Position numbers and translations under genes: made by a program | The notes under the pieces: generated by a model | The model's input: only the letters and a program-made list of their open reading frames with translations | What the model was told of the DNA's origin: nothing | Databases searched by the model: none | Assembly (NCBI GenBank): GCA_030704615.1 | Contig: CM060731.1 | Span: forward strand, 35,960,001 to 36,024,000 | Source of the DNA: Takakia lepidozioides | Lineage: Eukaryota > Plantae > Bryophyta | DNA: 64,000 nt | Reading direction: 5' to 3' | In this document: one piece after another, positions 26,300 through 40,700 of the stretch | Numbering within the stretch: the stretch's first letter is position 1 | How the letters are laid out: each line of letters begins with the position of its first letter

Positions 26300-28290
26300 G
26301 CGCAATGACTCTTAGTTACGGTGGCTACACGGCCAAAGTTTCTCTATGTCGATGAAGATTTGACAATCTGAAAGGAACAAAAGAATGGTGAAGTGACTCT
26401 TAGATACGCCGTCCTTGGCAACCCAAAAGGACCTTGTTCTCGACAGCCCAAAAGAACAATAGCCGAATGGCAAAGTGACTCTCAAATATGCCGACTACAC
26501 GGCCAAAGTTTCCGTGGGTTTGACAACCTTAAAGGAACAATAGCTAAATGGGGAAGTGACTCTTAGATGCAAGAGTTTCCCTATGTCGTTGACAAGGATT
26601 TGACAACCCCAAAGAAAGTCAGACAACCCAAAAAGAGCAATAGCCTAATGGCGAATGGCGAATGGTGAATGGCGAAGTGACCAATGTTGTACAGGTATGT
26701 GCCAATTGACCTCGGTATATGCCCGGGTATGAGTAAACGTATCAAAGGACCAACCACTGGAGGGTGTCATTGAGCAAATACCGGGTTGTCTTTAGAACTT
26801 AGGGTTTACGGAGAAAGATCTAATCACTTGCAAACCATGCCAGCGATGTAGCGATTGAGACCAGTACTGAGGGGGGGGGGGGGGGGGGGGGGGGGCGGGC
26901 GAGCAAGGGGTAGGCATTATGACGTTAAGGCGCCCCATGGTGGTGAAGATAAGAAGTTCATTTTTATTTTATTTACTCGAACCTATCTTTATGTTTGGTT
27001 TTTCTTCCACTTTTCAGTGCGGTACTATCATTGATGCACATGGGGCTTAAACATACCCATATACATACCACCCCAATTACGTGAATTCAATTTCAGACCT
27101 ACTCCTACCTGGAATCCGGGTATGTCCCACATGGCAATACTCATACCAGCCAAGTACCCTACCTACGCCAATGTGGATCTACCATCTTGGCCTTAGAGGT
27201 CCATTAGGCATACTAGGACCAATATGGTATGTCAAATGGACATACCAGTACAACATTGGAAGTGAGTGTTACCACACAAGTGGCAGCACCGGAAGCAAAC
27301 GCGAGAATATGATAATCGTGGAGTGGCACCTTCACCTACCACACGAGAGGAACTGCAAAGAAAGACATGAAAAAGTATGGCTGACGTGGTGCATAAGTGG
27401 AGCCTTTCCGCGGAACTTGGATTTCCAGGGACTACTGCCTGGAAATTCGAAATGTTAGGGAATGTCTTTGTCGTGTTTCGCTCCTTCCCGCCAGGGGGAG
27501 CTCGTCTCTCTCGTTTACCCTTTAACACAGATCGTCGCTTCTTCTCTCCCTTCTTGTCTCCTTATGCACATTGGATTGCCGGTCATGTGGTAGCCGTAAA
27601 GTGGTTCTTGCATGTACCTACGTTCTATTACCATAGCCCGTTATATCCCTAACCATGGACTTCCACGTCATTGCCTCTCCTTCTTGCTCATGTGGTAAGG
27701 GCGTTAGATATGCCGGCAGGAGTTTCCCTTCTTGACCGACATTCGACAACCAGAAAAGAGCTAGAGCCGAGTGGTGAACTGACTCTTATTAGATTCGCGG
27801 GCTACACGGCCGGAGTTCCCCTATGTCATCGACCACGTGAAAGGAGCAATAGCCTAATGGCAAAGTGACCCTTACTGGACATGGGGGCAGGAGTTTCCCT
27901 TTGACAAGGATTCGACAACTCAAAAGCTACATTCGATAATCAGAAATGAGCTGGAGCCGAATGGTGAAGTGACTCTTATTAGATACGCCAGCTACACTGC
28001 CGGAGTTCCCCCTATGTCGTCGACCATGTGAAAGGAGCAATAGGTGAAGTCTCTTATCACGGCCGGAGTTTCTCTCTGTCATTGAGGAGCATTCGACAAA
28101 TGATTACGAACAGGCATTGTCGTACATATACACAACCCCAAGAGTCTTACGCTAATCCCGTGTCATCTCTCTCTCCACATATAGACAACCCACGATCAAA
28201 TTTGGTAAACGCCAAAAAAGCAAGTCAGCGCCATGTTCAGTAGCCGCAAGGTGAAGTGGCTCTTTTGTTACGCCGGCCTTGGCCGGAGTC
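26300..28290 (+). repeat. Degenerate ~80-90 bp tandem array upstream of the bHLH gene, split by insertions at 26682-27700
   Basis: Unit AATGG(T/C)GAAGTGACTCTT..AGATACGCC..CTACACGGCC(A/G)(A/G)AGTT..CTATGTCG..GACAAC..AAAGGA.CAATAGC recurs about 10 times (26300-26681, 27700-28100, ~28245-28290). Confidence 0.85.
26682..27258. mobile_element. hAT-type MITE inserted in the tandem array; contains a G25 run
   Basis: TIRs CAATGTTGTACAGGTATGTGCCAATTGAC and CAATGTTGTACTGGTATGTCCATTTGAC; TSD GAAGTGAC/GAAGTGAG; poly-G at 26871-26895. Confidence 0.88.
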
Positions 28291-29801
28291 ATCTGTCTCT
28301 CTCATAGCCATGTTTAGCCAGTCACGCATCTCATCCACTCTCACCCAAAATTCGAGGTTTCATCCATCCTTCAACTTGGCAAAACCGCGGCTATTGGCCT
28401 GTCGGTGTAAAGCGACCGACGGTCGCCGGACGTGTGACGTGGGCCGGTACCAGGAGCGCCCAAGACGGGGCGTCGTTGGGCCTACCGACGTGAGGACAGA
28501 CGTCGTCTGACGTTGGTCCACCACGGTCGTCGGCGCAGACGAAGGCGGAACGAATGCGTCTGCTGACCGAGATACTTCATCCATTGGCAGGCAGAGGTGC
28601 CGGAATGGGGGGCTTTTCGGAGAGCGTCGTCTCCCTCACTGTGGGGATCCGCTTCTGTTTTTGGAGAGATGGTGTCGATGGAAGCTTCCGAGTGGGGAAT
28701 ATGTATGTTGTTGCATGTTAAGTGGCCCTGATGGCCTTGGTTTCAGGGTCTGAAATAGCTGATCTTGGTCTAAACAGTGAATCCTGTGGGCAGGTTGACA
28801 ACTTGTTCCCGGGTGTCACTCCCGTGTCACTAGAGAGCAAGTGAGAGTCAACCTGAATTGGAGGATGGGGCATATTTGGGATCGTGAGCGAGCTTGAAAC
28901 ATAGAGTGGAAATTTTAGATCACGAGCTGTTTTTGATGGAATGGGGTCGTTGAATGAACTTGAAGTACTTACTGTCGAAGGACGTGAGAGGAATCAAGGT
29001 ACTTAGCTTGTATAACGAGTCAGACAACAACAACAGACTTGTGGAGTCCTACTAAAGGTAGCACATTATGTCTGGACGACGATAGGATCTTCTATATTGA
29101 AACTCGGATCCGGAATCAGGTAACTATTTGTGATCTCAACTGCAATTCTGAAACGCATTCTTGTGAGGGAGCTCTGATTTTGCCCGGGGAAATTTGGATG
29201 TTCCATTACGTGGGACTGTGTTTGAGTCTTGACACTACCTCGAAACCGATAAACTCCGCTGGGTCTACACTTCTCGATTCTCTCAAAGTTGTCTGAGGAG
29301 CTCTTGACCAGATAGATTTGCAGTGTATGATCATCTGTCACTGCCCGCCATCATTGCACTGCCCCATCCAATCTGAATTCACTTGTGAGCTTTCAAACTT
29401 TAAGATCATCTAGCATCGATCTCCAGCGACTCCTGGACAGTACAGTCCAGTTGACTATATCTAGAGTGTTTCACTTGGCCATAATTATCTCTAGAGATGT
29501 ACAGTGAGGAGTATGGGGTGGTGATTCAGACTTTGGTGTGTACTGCGGTCCAGGGATGCGAAGTGCGAACTGCAAGCTCAATATTGGAGGACCCAGCCAT
29601 TTCGGTCGAGTTTGCGAGCATAACTGTTGGAGCAAAAAGTCTTACTGTAGCATGTCGCCACCAGCTTACTGAGCGCCAAGTTATTGTACCTGGATGAAGC
29701 GACCCCCAGTCTTCCGGAACAGCACCGATGGAGAGGCGGGTGCACGGCCGGTACCTCTTAGAATCTTGAACTTCATAACCACTTAGAACTACAGCTCGGC
29801 C

Positions 29802-32800
29802 ATGGAGACATACCTGCCGAAAGGTCTATTCTCTTCTGAAAGAGAAGAAACTCGGGGATCGCCATTTGTAACCGACCTGTACAGATCAACGCAAGATTCT
29901 GGTCTCAATCTTCAGCTGACCTCATTTCCAACACAGGAAGCAGCTGCCTGCTCCTTGGACTACAATCAGACCAGGCATCTGGAGCACCTCACTAATCTGC
30001 AACAACGAGGTGCTCAGGGCAGTCTCTCGCTGCTAGAGGAGCAGTTGTACCAGCAGATGTCAAGGGACCGTATATTAAAATTCCAAGGTGATAATCAATG
30101 CGATATACGAGGGTTAGGAACACAAAACCCAGCCTCAAGCATGACCAAGGCTTCAAAGCATAATGGACTACCCAGTTTTTGGCGAGGAGCTAGCCCAGCC
30201 TTTCTCATGCAGCAACTACAGGGACGTTTTACAACAAATTTTGCATCTTTTCGCCAAGCATCAGGGATGCTATCGTGCACCTCCAACCCACACGAGTTTG
30301 AGTCCTCAGCTAGCCAAGCTGGACAGCATTTCATGGGACCTGAGCCCGGAGGGCTAACGGATCCATCTTTGCTCGACAAATCCATGCAACAAACCGTGAT
30401 CGTCAAGTCAGAGGAAATTCTCACTAAGGGTGGTTCCAGGAAGACCGAAGGATTTGATCCTGATTCCTCCTTGGAACTTCCAGCCGTACTCTCCTACAAT
30501 GACCAGCTACACGCTTTGTCACAAAACTCGTCCAGGTCGGATGTCATCAGTACAAAATTGGAAAGCTCTTTTCCTGCCAAGCACTGTAATTACATGCAAG
30601 CTGTAACCCCATTTGAGAGCAACCCTCAGCTGCAGAATCTGCTAGATGTTCAAGTGAAGAGACCTAGTGCTAGCAATTTTCCTGAAGGAGAAGTAGTACA
30701 ACCCCAGCCGGGACTCTCAAAGTCGGGTGCAGGTCTTCTGAATCGTACATGTGCCAAGGAAAAACATTTTCTGACCGGTCCAGACTATTCTGGGGACATG
30801 CGTCCGAGTATCGGTTACTTCAGCAGGCACTCGTGGTCCACCACTAATGGTGCAACGCCTGGGCAATCGCAGCCAGACGGCCAAGAAGGAGAGGTGGGCT
30901 GCATATGGGAAGACAGTTTGGGGGACGAGGGCGATAATATGGAGAATCTACCCGGCGAGAGAGTGCGGAAGAAGGCTAAAGTAGTCACTTTCATGGATGG
31001 TAGGGCACTCAGCTTGGATGCTCCCCACAGCCTTCCAGAGTATAACGACAACAAGAAATTGCATGAAAAGTTCCAGACTCTCAAGGGGTTGCTGCAGCCC
31101 GATTCTTGTTCCTCGGAGGTAATTATAGACCTTGAATCATAAAACTGTACGCCTTAGATTTGGAACGCACTTAGTAAGATTTTGACCGCCTCCAACTATC
31201 ATATAAAGCTGTGTTGATCACCCATCTTTACAAGTTGGCCGAGGTCATGAATACATTCAAGCACACGCATTTAGAATTTAAGTATAACAAATTGAGATTG
31301 TGCATGCTTGATGCAGGTCGGTAGAGAGTCAGTTTTGGGAGAGACGATCTATTATCTCAAGGAAATGCGGAGGTGGTTGCAGCAGAATGACTCAGACACA
31401 GCCTTTACCTGTAGCAATGCTGAACATCCCTCCAAGTTTCTTGAAGATGAGAGACTTGACTCAGCAGATGAAGTGGTATCATCAGACCAGGGATTTACAG
31501 CCCACCAGCTTGACCTGGATGGCACCCCGTTGCTTAAGCTGGAAGATATTGGATTTGACACAGCTGGATTGGATCAGGTCTGCCCAGATGTGATGGTGGA
31601 TGATGTGCCTCAGATAGAGGTAAGTTAGATCACAAGATGATTGAACTTGGCAGCTCAGACCCTCTTTCACAATGGGCGTCAAACACTGCATGTTGCTAAT
31701 CCAAGGAAAATGTCTCATCGAGTAATAAAACTGCCACTAGGTGTTCTCTGCAGAACTAACAAGTGCCCAGTTGAACTTTTATTCCCAGAAGTGGACATTG
31801 GAGGTCCTCTCCCAGGCTTTATTGAAGGGCATGATGACCATTTGATGGTTATTGATCAACTGCTTGTACCACCTTTAGAATTTTCTTTTACTGAGCTGTA
31901 ACCAGGGCAATGTGACTGCCCAAACCTCCCACAGGGACTAGAAAGGACCATTTACCCTCTTATGGAGGGGGTTATTGACTTTGAACCCACAATTGCTCAC
32001 AAGGGGGCCTTGTGCCCCAACCACTGGGACATTATATGTTGGATTGCTCTGCACTTGGAAAATCTAGATTTTATAGCAAGTATGGTCAGATCAACATTTC
32101 CTGTAAGAAAAATACAATGTCCCCCATTTGGCATTTTTGCTGATCCTGTGCATTGGCCTGTGGGTCTGGGGTTTAATCCCCAGTGTATTGGTCGTTGGGG
32201 CTCACTCCCTGTATCCCTGTCCCTGTTTCCTTGAAAAAAAACAATGTGAGGTATCCCTGTGACCTTTTTTGCAAAGCTTTTGTGCAGGTGAGGATGATGG
32301 AGAAGCAGCAAGTGATGGTGAAACTGAGTGCCAAGGACAGGCCGGGGCTCTTCACGGACCTTATGCTGGTGATGTGTGACTTGAAGCTGCATGTGCAACA
32401 TGCTAACATCCGGACCACTGCTGGCAAAAGGAACGATGTCTTTGCTGCCAAGGTAGATTGAACATCTCTGGAGCTTCTTTTTCATGTCCACCTCCACAAA
32501 TTTCACACTTAAATTTAAGAAGTGCATAGAAATCCTTAAATTGCACAACTGCTTTGAGTGCATAATCCATACAGCTCCAGATCCAGTTCGCACGCTTGAG
32601 CCAGATTTGAGAGGCCTGGGCGGCCCCTCAAGCTGCCCAAACACATGTTAATGCTACAAACCAAGATTTAATTAAATCTGGATCACAATAAGAAACTTGC
32701 CCACAAATTGATCACCAGGCCACAAACTGTGAGCATGAAGGCCTAGGCACGATGACGTGCACACCATATGTGAGCTCAGCTTCAGAACAACACTTGGACC

Positions 32801-33333
32801 CTGCTGAGTATTGAGACAACCACCTATATGTATTGGACTGCAAACATACCCCTATGATTCCACCGTCATGCAGCAGTGCGATATACACTTGTGGGAAATT
32901 TCCAGAGATCATATCTGTTTTTCAAGTGTCACAGGACCTGCAGTGCTACTGAATGGTGCACAAGCTTTATGCACATCTGCCTGATGATCCATGGAGGATT
33001 AGCCCCCAAAGCACGCCGTAGAATATACTTTAAAACACCTGAAGTATTTGAGGCCCTTGTATAAACCTGTGCAAGGTGACGTAGTCAATCATGATTTCTC
33101 CTGTGAATGTGTCTTATGATATCGAACAAGTTTCACTAACCAGATTGAGATTGTGCAAATACATGCAGATGGACTTGTCTCTTCTTGAGAATCAAACTAC
33201 ACAGGACATTGCAGCCGCGATAAGTAATGCGATTGAGGGGGCTATATGTAACCCAGGCTCCAATTCGTCCCACCCTCTCACTCCTGATGTTACCAATCTC
33301 AGCAGTTGTCCACGGACAAGGACCATTGAATGA
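29802..33333 (+). CDS. Atypical bHLH transcription factor with a C-terminal ACT-like domain (~649 aa)
   Basis: Phase-0 GT-AG exons 29802-31118, 31317-31619, 32288-32452 and 33169-33333. HLH: HSLPEYNDNKKLHEKFQTLKGLL...VGRESVLGETIYYLKEM. ACT-like: VMVKLSAKDRPGLFTDLMLVMCDLKLHVQHANIRT. Confidence 0.82.
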
Positions 33334-34730
33334 TAAGGTCCTCATTAAGTGTTTTTAACTCTTCAAACAGAAAAGGGTTCCGATCCCGAGTTACTAGCAG
33401 TATGACTTCCCTTTGTAACTTTGAGTTGTACGAAACTTTCCAATTTTGTTTCACAAAGCGATTCAGCTTCACTTCCTCCCCAAATTTACCCACCCTGCAG
33501 CTTAGCCAGTCTCAAGACCTCACCTTCGCCAATCGAGGAAAGACCTTTTGCGACGAATTAGATCGAATGAATGGGGAGCTGGATTCTTCGAAACCCAATT
33601 CCTTACTACAAAAATTGTGACCAGAATGTTGGCCCGGGACATTGCTCGTACCTCACAAGTAGCAGCAATCGCCCTAACAGAAGAGAGAGGCACTGATCCA
33701 GACTAGATCCGCTGGTGACCTTAGAAAGACAATGAAAGTTAGTTTACAGCTTCCCATCAACAAAGCTCTGATATGATCCCGTCTAATAGGTGATCAGATT
33801 GCTGAACTTCCAGGCCTGGAAATGACCCAAGACACTTAGTTCCAAATTGCAAATTCAACCTACAGCGCCTTATTGTCCAGGTGTGTGCGCTGTAGCACCA
33901 GCACAAAGACCAACATTTGAGGCTGCTACTCACTATTCAACCTTCTTTCGGAAGACAAACCTGCCCAAAGTGGCTGCTTCCTGGCAATGAAAATAGAACA
34001 TCATCCCAACACACCCTGGTGCAATCGTGGTCGCCTTCTCCGATTTTCCCCAAGAAAAGACAATTCTCATGTTATGGAACGTCTCGGTACTCTGCTTGCC
34101 GCCAAACTAGCTGACCCACATCTGGAGTCGGCACATTGGCACCCAACATACACGCATGTGTGGTTCCTTCAATGGTTTTGGGTGTTTCAAATATCTGATT
34201 CTTCAGAGAGATGGTAGATCAGCGTACTTGTACGTGCGAGGTCTACTGGACAGTGGACTGGAGCTTCAAGCGCTTGATCTGATTGTAGCCCTGTCTAGAG
34301 GTCCTAATACCCGTGTCCTTATCATCCATGAGCAAGGAGATTTGAACTCCGTTGGGTTCCAGTGTTTGTGAATCGAAAACCGTAGGTTGCGAAAATGCAG
34401 TGTGGCTCGTGAAGTTATGAAAGGGCGCCTCCCCATCCCCTGGTGTTTTCTATCATGGCTGTCATTTCCTGCCTCGCTGTTTTCTGCGATCGATTGAGCT
34501 TGAAGCATTGGTCCAGTCTTTCTCAATTTGATCAGAGTCCTGTTGTATTGAAACCTCCAGTGCCTGTTGTCGGTGGTGAGTGGACGATTTGCAAATGTTG
34601 GATACATAATGGCGAAAGGGGATCTGTGCTGTGTAATTGTGCCTCAGTAGAAAGAAAATACTTCCTCGAAGCATAGTTGTATCCTGAAAGTACAGGATCA
34701 CTAACAGGTGGAGCCCTTTGAATAAACAGG

Positions 34731-37700
34731 ATGGGGGCATATTCTAGAAGCCGTCTCAGCCGGAGGTGGATTGGGCGGCTGGAGGGGGAGGGCAACACCT
34801 TTGGGCAAGGTGACGAGCCCGTGATTCATCGCACAATTTACTGCAACGATAAGTACTCCAATCTGCGCTTCCGCTTCAAGGTTTTGGTCCGCTGCTCCCT
34901 TCATCCCAACTCCTCTCTACCTGGCCCCTCTGGTGGTGTTTTCAAATTTGTTGATGAGAGTGTACGTCCGTGCAAGAGCAGCAATACGTTGCATCGGAAG
35001 CTGTAACTGCATTTGAGATGTTTCATAGTGCCGAAAACCATGACCCTCCTTGGCCCTCCTTGGATTGAACTGTTGGTTCTGCACAAGAGTGATGGCAGGA
35101 CAATAAGCTTTTTGGTCAGAATCAACATAATGTACCAATATAGGTCCCACTACTGCAGTGAGCGTTAGGCCTGGTAGTGGCTTGTGTTATGCCCTCCTCC
35201 CCACCCTCAGTCTTTTCCTCGCTTTCATGATCCGCTGAATCATGGCAGGGGGCAATCAATTTGCTGCAAGTACACATCTTCATCTCTTCCCCTCCTCAAA
35301 TGTTGTTGTTCCAGAATTATAGGTCTGGAAAATTCACTCCATGCCAACCAAGTGCAGTACTGACAACTTATATAAGCAAGTACACAGAGTCCTGCAACTC
35401 ATCTCTAGCACGGCGCTGAACTAGCAAACTTGCAGGAAATGTTACATTTTGACTTGTGGCTCTGGTGGTCGTTTCTAATTTGAAAGCATGTTGTGTGTAA
35501 TGGCAGGGAAATGAGATTTCAACCACCAAATACAGCTACCTCACATTCTTCCCTAAAGGCTTGTATGAGCAGGTGCATTTTCCATATGTGTCTGAGGGGA
35601 ACTACCTCAATGGCAACTATGTTTCTTCCTCTCTGGTCGCTCACTTACTGGTTCAGAAAACTCATATTTCAGATGACATTAAGTTTAGAAACAGTAGTCT
35701 GGTATCCTTCTCTGTGGAGTACAAGGGATCTAGGTGTTCACTGCTAGTCATTCTCTTTATCGTTTTGTGGCACAAAGAGGTCTTTTTGGGTGCTTGGGCA
35801 GTCTATGATGATGATTCTGACAAGACCCACTTGTTAGTGTTGTGCAGTTTCGGCGTGTAGCCAATCTCTACTTTCTTATGATTGCAGTTCTGTCGACTAC
35901 CCCAATTAGGTTTGTTCTTTTCCCATTCCACTGATTTTGCTTAAATACTTGAAGACTCTGAGAGCCTTCTAAGTTAGCTGCTCGACCTGAACTAACTGTC
36001 CCTGTCATTGGTATAAGGAGGAGGGCCTTTTGAGAAGGCAATACTTTCATCCCCAAGAAGTCCTGTTGCTATCCGTGCGTTACACCAGTAACAGTAAGAG
36101 TGACCATTCAATGTCTGCCTCTCACCGTGGCTTCAAATTATGTAACCCGATATGAATAATAAGGTTTGAGTTCCCAGTCCCAGGAGGTGTAACTTGAGCA
36201 GTAGGCAGATTCTTCAATGCAAAGGGACGAGATGGATACCAAGGATAGAGGAAGAGTGGAGTTGGAACTCTTATGTCACTGGGATTTATGATGAGCATAC
36301 AGGATGCATCCATACAGGAAGGCGTCGCAACTATCAATTAGAATTACTGAGCTGAGTATTAGTGGCAGATTTGGACAGCATTACTTGAATAAATAAGTGT
36401 AAGTGATTATTGTTTGACAATCTGTAGCAGCTGTTTGCTTATGACGAAGCAGCCCATCAGTCAAGCCTCGTTCTTTCCCGACCTTCCTTATCGTAATTTA
36501 ATCTGATGATGGGTTGAGTGTCTCTTCTAATTTTGTTCTATGAGCTGTCTTTCTGAATTGTTCACTTGTGACATGCAGTCCTGTACACCCAGTTACAAAC
36601 GTGGGTCCCTTGGTGCTGGTGCTAGCAGCTTCTCTTGCAAAGGAGGGTTTTGAGGATCGGGTGAGTAAACTCTAGGGTTGTATGTAGTCCAATTCTAGTT
36701 CATACTGTTGCTACCTATGTGTTGCAGCCATGAACATTATCGGGTTTATAGCTGATGGTGTGGAAGGCTTCGCCACAGAAAGTGCTGGAAATAGGGGGAC
36801 TAGTATTCTTGTTACAAATAGAAATCTGATCCACTAGTCTCCAGTACATCTGACTGATTTTTTGGCCTGCTTGTGGCCGCAGAAAAGGTTTAATAGTGAC
36901 AAGGTGATCAACTCAAGTTTGATTGATGTGTTGCAAGGCCGTGGATGGGTGAAGATACCATGGAGCAAGTTGATAGTGGGTGATATTGTCAAGGTATGAC
37001 TCTGGAGTGCTATCTTCTACCACAACTAGTGTCTGTCAAGAAATGTACTAAATGTAAAGAGAAGTGTTATCCGGTGAAAGGTCAGTCTCCCTAAAGCACT
37101 GTAAAGTTACTCCTTAGGTTTCAGTCACTTTTTACTAATATGGCTGATTATAGATCTTTGCAAACCATCCAGATTGCCAGTACATACAACTTGATATAGC
37201 TATCTAAGTGGCTGTGAGATGATATGGGTTTCTAAGGTCAATGATCTGACAGGTAGAAGCAGACTTCTATTTCCCAGCTGATCTATTGTTCCTGGCAAGT
37301 ACAAATACAGATGGAGTTTGCTACATTGAGGTAACACATCATTTGCTACAACTTAATGATACTCAGGATCCATTTACTTTTAATCTTCTTTAATGGTGAG
37401 TTTTAAGGTGAGACTTCATTTTCGCTGTTGTTAACAAGAGGCAAACAAGCCAGTGTAGCAACAGGCAAAGTGCTCAGCTACAGAACACTGAGTGTTGTTG
37501 CCAGTGGTTCCATCCAGAAGTGGGCAGCACAGTCATCTCTGCAAGTTGACCTCAGTGCGAACGTGTGACTTCGGAAATTCAAACTCGAATGTATTCTGCG
37601 GGAGATTGTAGTCATCTGAAAACTTGCTGACATATTGATGTGAACTAGTTGAGGGTCTAACTTGAGTTTTTTGGGAGTCCCTCAGAGACTCAACTGGGCA

Positions 37701-40700
37701 AAGCTCATGCTGATTCAGACTGTTTTAGTGCAGACATCCAACTTGGATGGTGAGACCAATCTCAAGATCCGGAAAGCCTTTGATCGAACCTGGGATTGTA
37801 TTGAGGAAGACAAAACTGTTGACTTCAAAGGTCCGGTTTGATTGCTAAATGATACTCTATTCATTTCAATCATCAAACTTTTGACTTCACAATAGGGTTG
37901 GTTGCGGTTGAAAGAGTGAGGTTTGACTTCAACCCTGTAATTGGCAAATTAGGGAGGCACATTGAGATCTGGCAGTGAACTGAGGGTATAACTCTCACAC
38001 AATTTCCTCACAGACATTGGGGGAAAGTGCTTATTTTACTCAAACTGCAACTAGTTGCTTCAGAAGGATGTGATTTCAAGCAGTCTCTTGAAACCTGTGG
38101 TTTTGAGTATGGTTCTGACAACCAGGGGTGGGAAATCCTTTGGTACCACAGGAGTGATTGACTGTGAACACCCTAATAACTCCCTCTATACCTTCACGGG
38201 CAACTTGAACATTGGCAAGCAAATGATCCCCATTACACCAAATCAAATTCTGCTTCGGGTAAGTAGTGGTCCTTTTTTCAATTCCTGTAATTCTACTCTT
38301 CAGATCTTCATGTACATTCTTCAGATAGCTGTACATACATATGAAAATTCTGCACAAATCTGTTTGCTGTGTGCCTGCAGGGTTGCAGTCTACGAAACAC
38401 GGAGTTCATTGTGGGAACAGTAATCTTTACTGGTCATGAGACTAAGGTAAGGGGTCTTCTTTACAATTTCTAAGATTAGTTGATGTTGGCTGTGCACCTG
38501 CACTGCATGCTCCAGGTAGGGTTGGGGTCTTGTTAATCCACCCAATGGTGGCCACTGTTGGAATCTCAAATAATTGCAAACCTTATTGAAGCATCCAAAT
38601 GGCTATGCTCTGTTATGAGAACATTGATAGGAATTTCATAAGCTACATCTATGTCCAGGTGATGATGAATTCAATGGATGTGCCTTCTAAACGAAGCACT
38701 TTGGAGAGGAAACTTGACAAGCTCATTTTGCTTCTGTTTTTCATCCTTTTCAGCATGTGTTTGATTGGGGCCGTAGGCAGGTCTGCCATCTTCTCCTTTG
38801 CTAGTATAACTGTACTCCACGTACTCATGGTGGTGGCTACTTCCTGACTTTGTTTTGAGCATATGCCAATACCTTGAGTCTGGCAAGAGAAATGTCGACT
38901 CATTGTTCCTCCGAAAGGGGTGTCTGTTTATACTCTGGAAGCTACTGATTCAAATCAAATCAATTGGCTACATTCCAGCAAGCTGTAGCCCTGTTGTTTT
39001 GGTCAGCATCGACATGAACTTGGCATGCATGAATCTTATGCATTAGAAGCAATAAATGAGTTGGTGGTCAGCAAATGTCTGGATTTTCAAATCATGTTCT
39101 TCGGTGGCATTTCCTCGACTTTCTCTCCCTTTCCAATGTGTTGTCTTCCTGTGGAAATTGGCAGTGGCAACTTCGTGGATGGACAGTTGTGGTATTTGGG
39201 TCTCACTCTTGCAGGCATTGAAGATCAATACAATCCTGAGGACAGGTTCATGGTAAGGAGCGTTTCTCCACCTCTACCTTGTGGTTGACCTCTAGATTAT
39301 GTCATCATGGGAGTCGTCAAATGCCTGACAGTTCATGCCTGCTCACTGTAAGGAAGTCTATATGTTATGTTTGCTGGAAATAAAGTGCAAAGCCATATAC
39401 TGACCTAGGTTTTACTATCAGTTTTGTGCTGAGTGTGTGCTCTGACAGTAAAGTGCAGATCCCTGAGGAGATTGCTTACCTTTCTTCTAAGAGGGCCTTC
39501 AGTGGATTCCACTGCTGTCCATTGCAGATAATCTTCTGCAGTTAGTATGCATGGGACTGTCTCCTCAGCCCTGCAACCTTGCTTCAGCTAGACATAAGTG
39601 TATTTGGAGGTCTACGGCAAGAGTGCTGTAACATGGCATACTCACTACACACTGAAGCTTGATCTTGTTTCCTGGGGTTGGATAGGTGTCTGTTCTCACA
39701 TTCTTCACACTTGTGACTCTGTATTCTACCATTGTCCCCATCTCGTTATATGTTTCCATTGAGGTAAGCGCTTCAAACTTTATTATCCATGAGGTGATGG
39801 TAATTTTCACCAATGGGCTTGTCAGTTGGAGAATGTTGCATGTTCTTCTGTGTCATCGACACAACTGCCAGATGTCTGTTGGAATTTTGGCCCACAGGAA
39901 CCATCAGGCTATTTTCGACTGGGGTCTCTGTTTTTCTCATTCATTTGTTTGGCCTATCCAAGCAAATGTGATTCCTATTTAAGTACAATACCTATATGTG
40001 ATGGGGATGCAGTTTCTACGAGCATACAAGTTTTAGAAGCTTGTACATGTAGCAGTCTGTTGGATATGAGGTTTCAGTGCACCAAACATAGATAACAGGA
40101 AGTCGTGGGTATTTGTCAAGGAGACCACGTACAAAACAAGGCAGATACTGACCTCGACGCATGCCGAGCAAAAAACCCTTACTTGCAGGCAGTTTGAAAC
40201 ATAAAGTGGGGCATTACCAAGCTGTAAAAGGTCCTCTATACTGTAAAGTGAAGATTGCTTTGATCTTGACTCTTATAAGGGTCTGATTCAAATGAACATA
40301 GTGGTAATAGTGGCATAGGCATGACTTCTTTGCATGGAAGAGCTGTGGGTGACGTCTCATGGTTTTCACATTTAACCTTCATCTGGTTTAGCTTGCTGGA
40401 AGTTTGATGGCCTGAGGTGCGTTCTTCTGATGACTATAATGTTGTTATCACATCAATTACCTTTCTGAGCAAGGATAATGGTTCTTTTGTACTTGGAGCT
40501 AAAGTAAATCTTGTCAACAATCTTAACTGATACTTGCTGCAGATGATTAAGGTCATACAGTCAACACAGTTTATAAACAATGACAGACACATGTACCATA
40601 GAGAGAGTAACACTGCTGCGCTGGCTCGCACCTCCAATCTGAACGAGGAGCTTGGCCAGGTACATTAGAATGGCTCTCCTTGTCTGTTTGAACTTGTCTG

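Noticed and set aside
26300-28290. CRISPR-like repeat/spacer interpretation of the array
   Set aside because: The sequences between the cores are homologous to each other rather than unique, there are no cas genes, and the context is eukaryotic.
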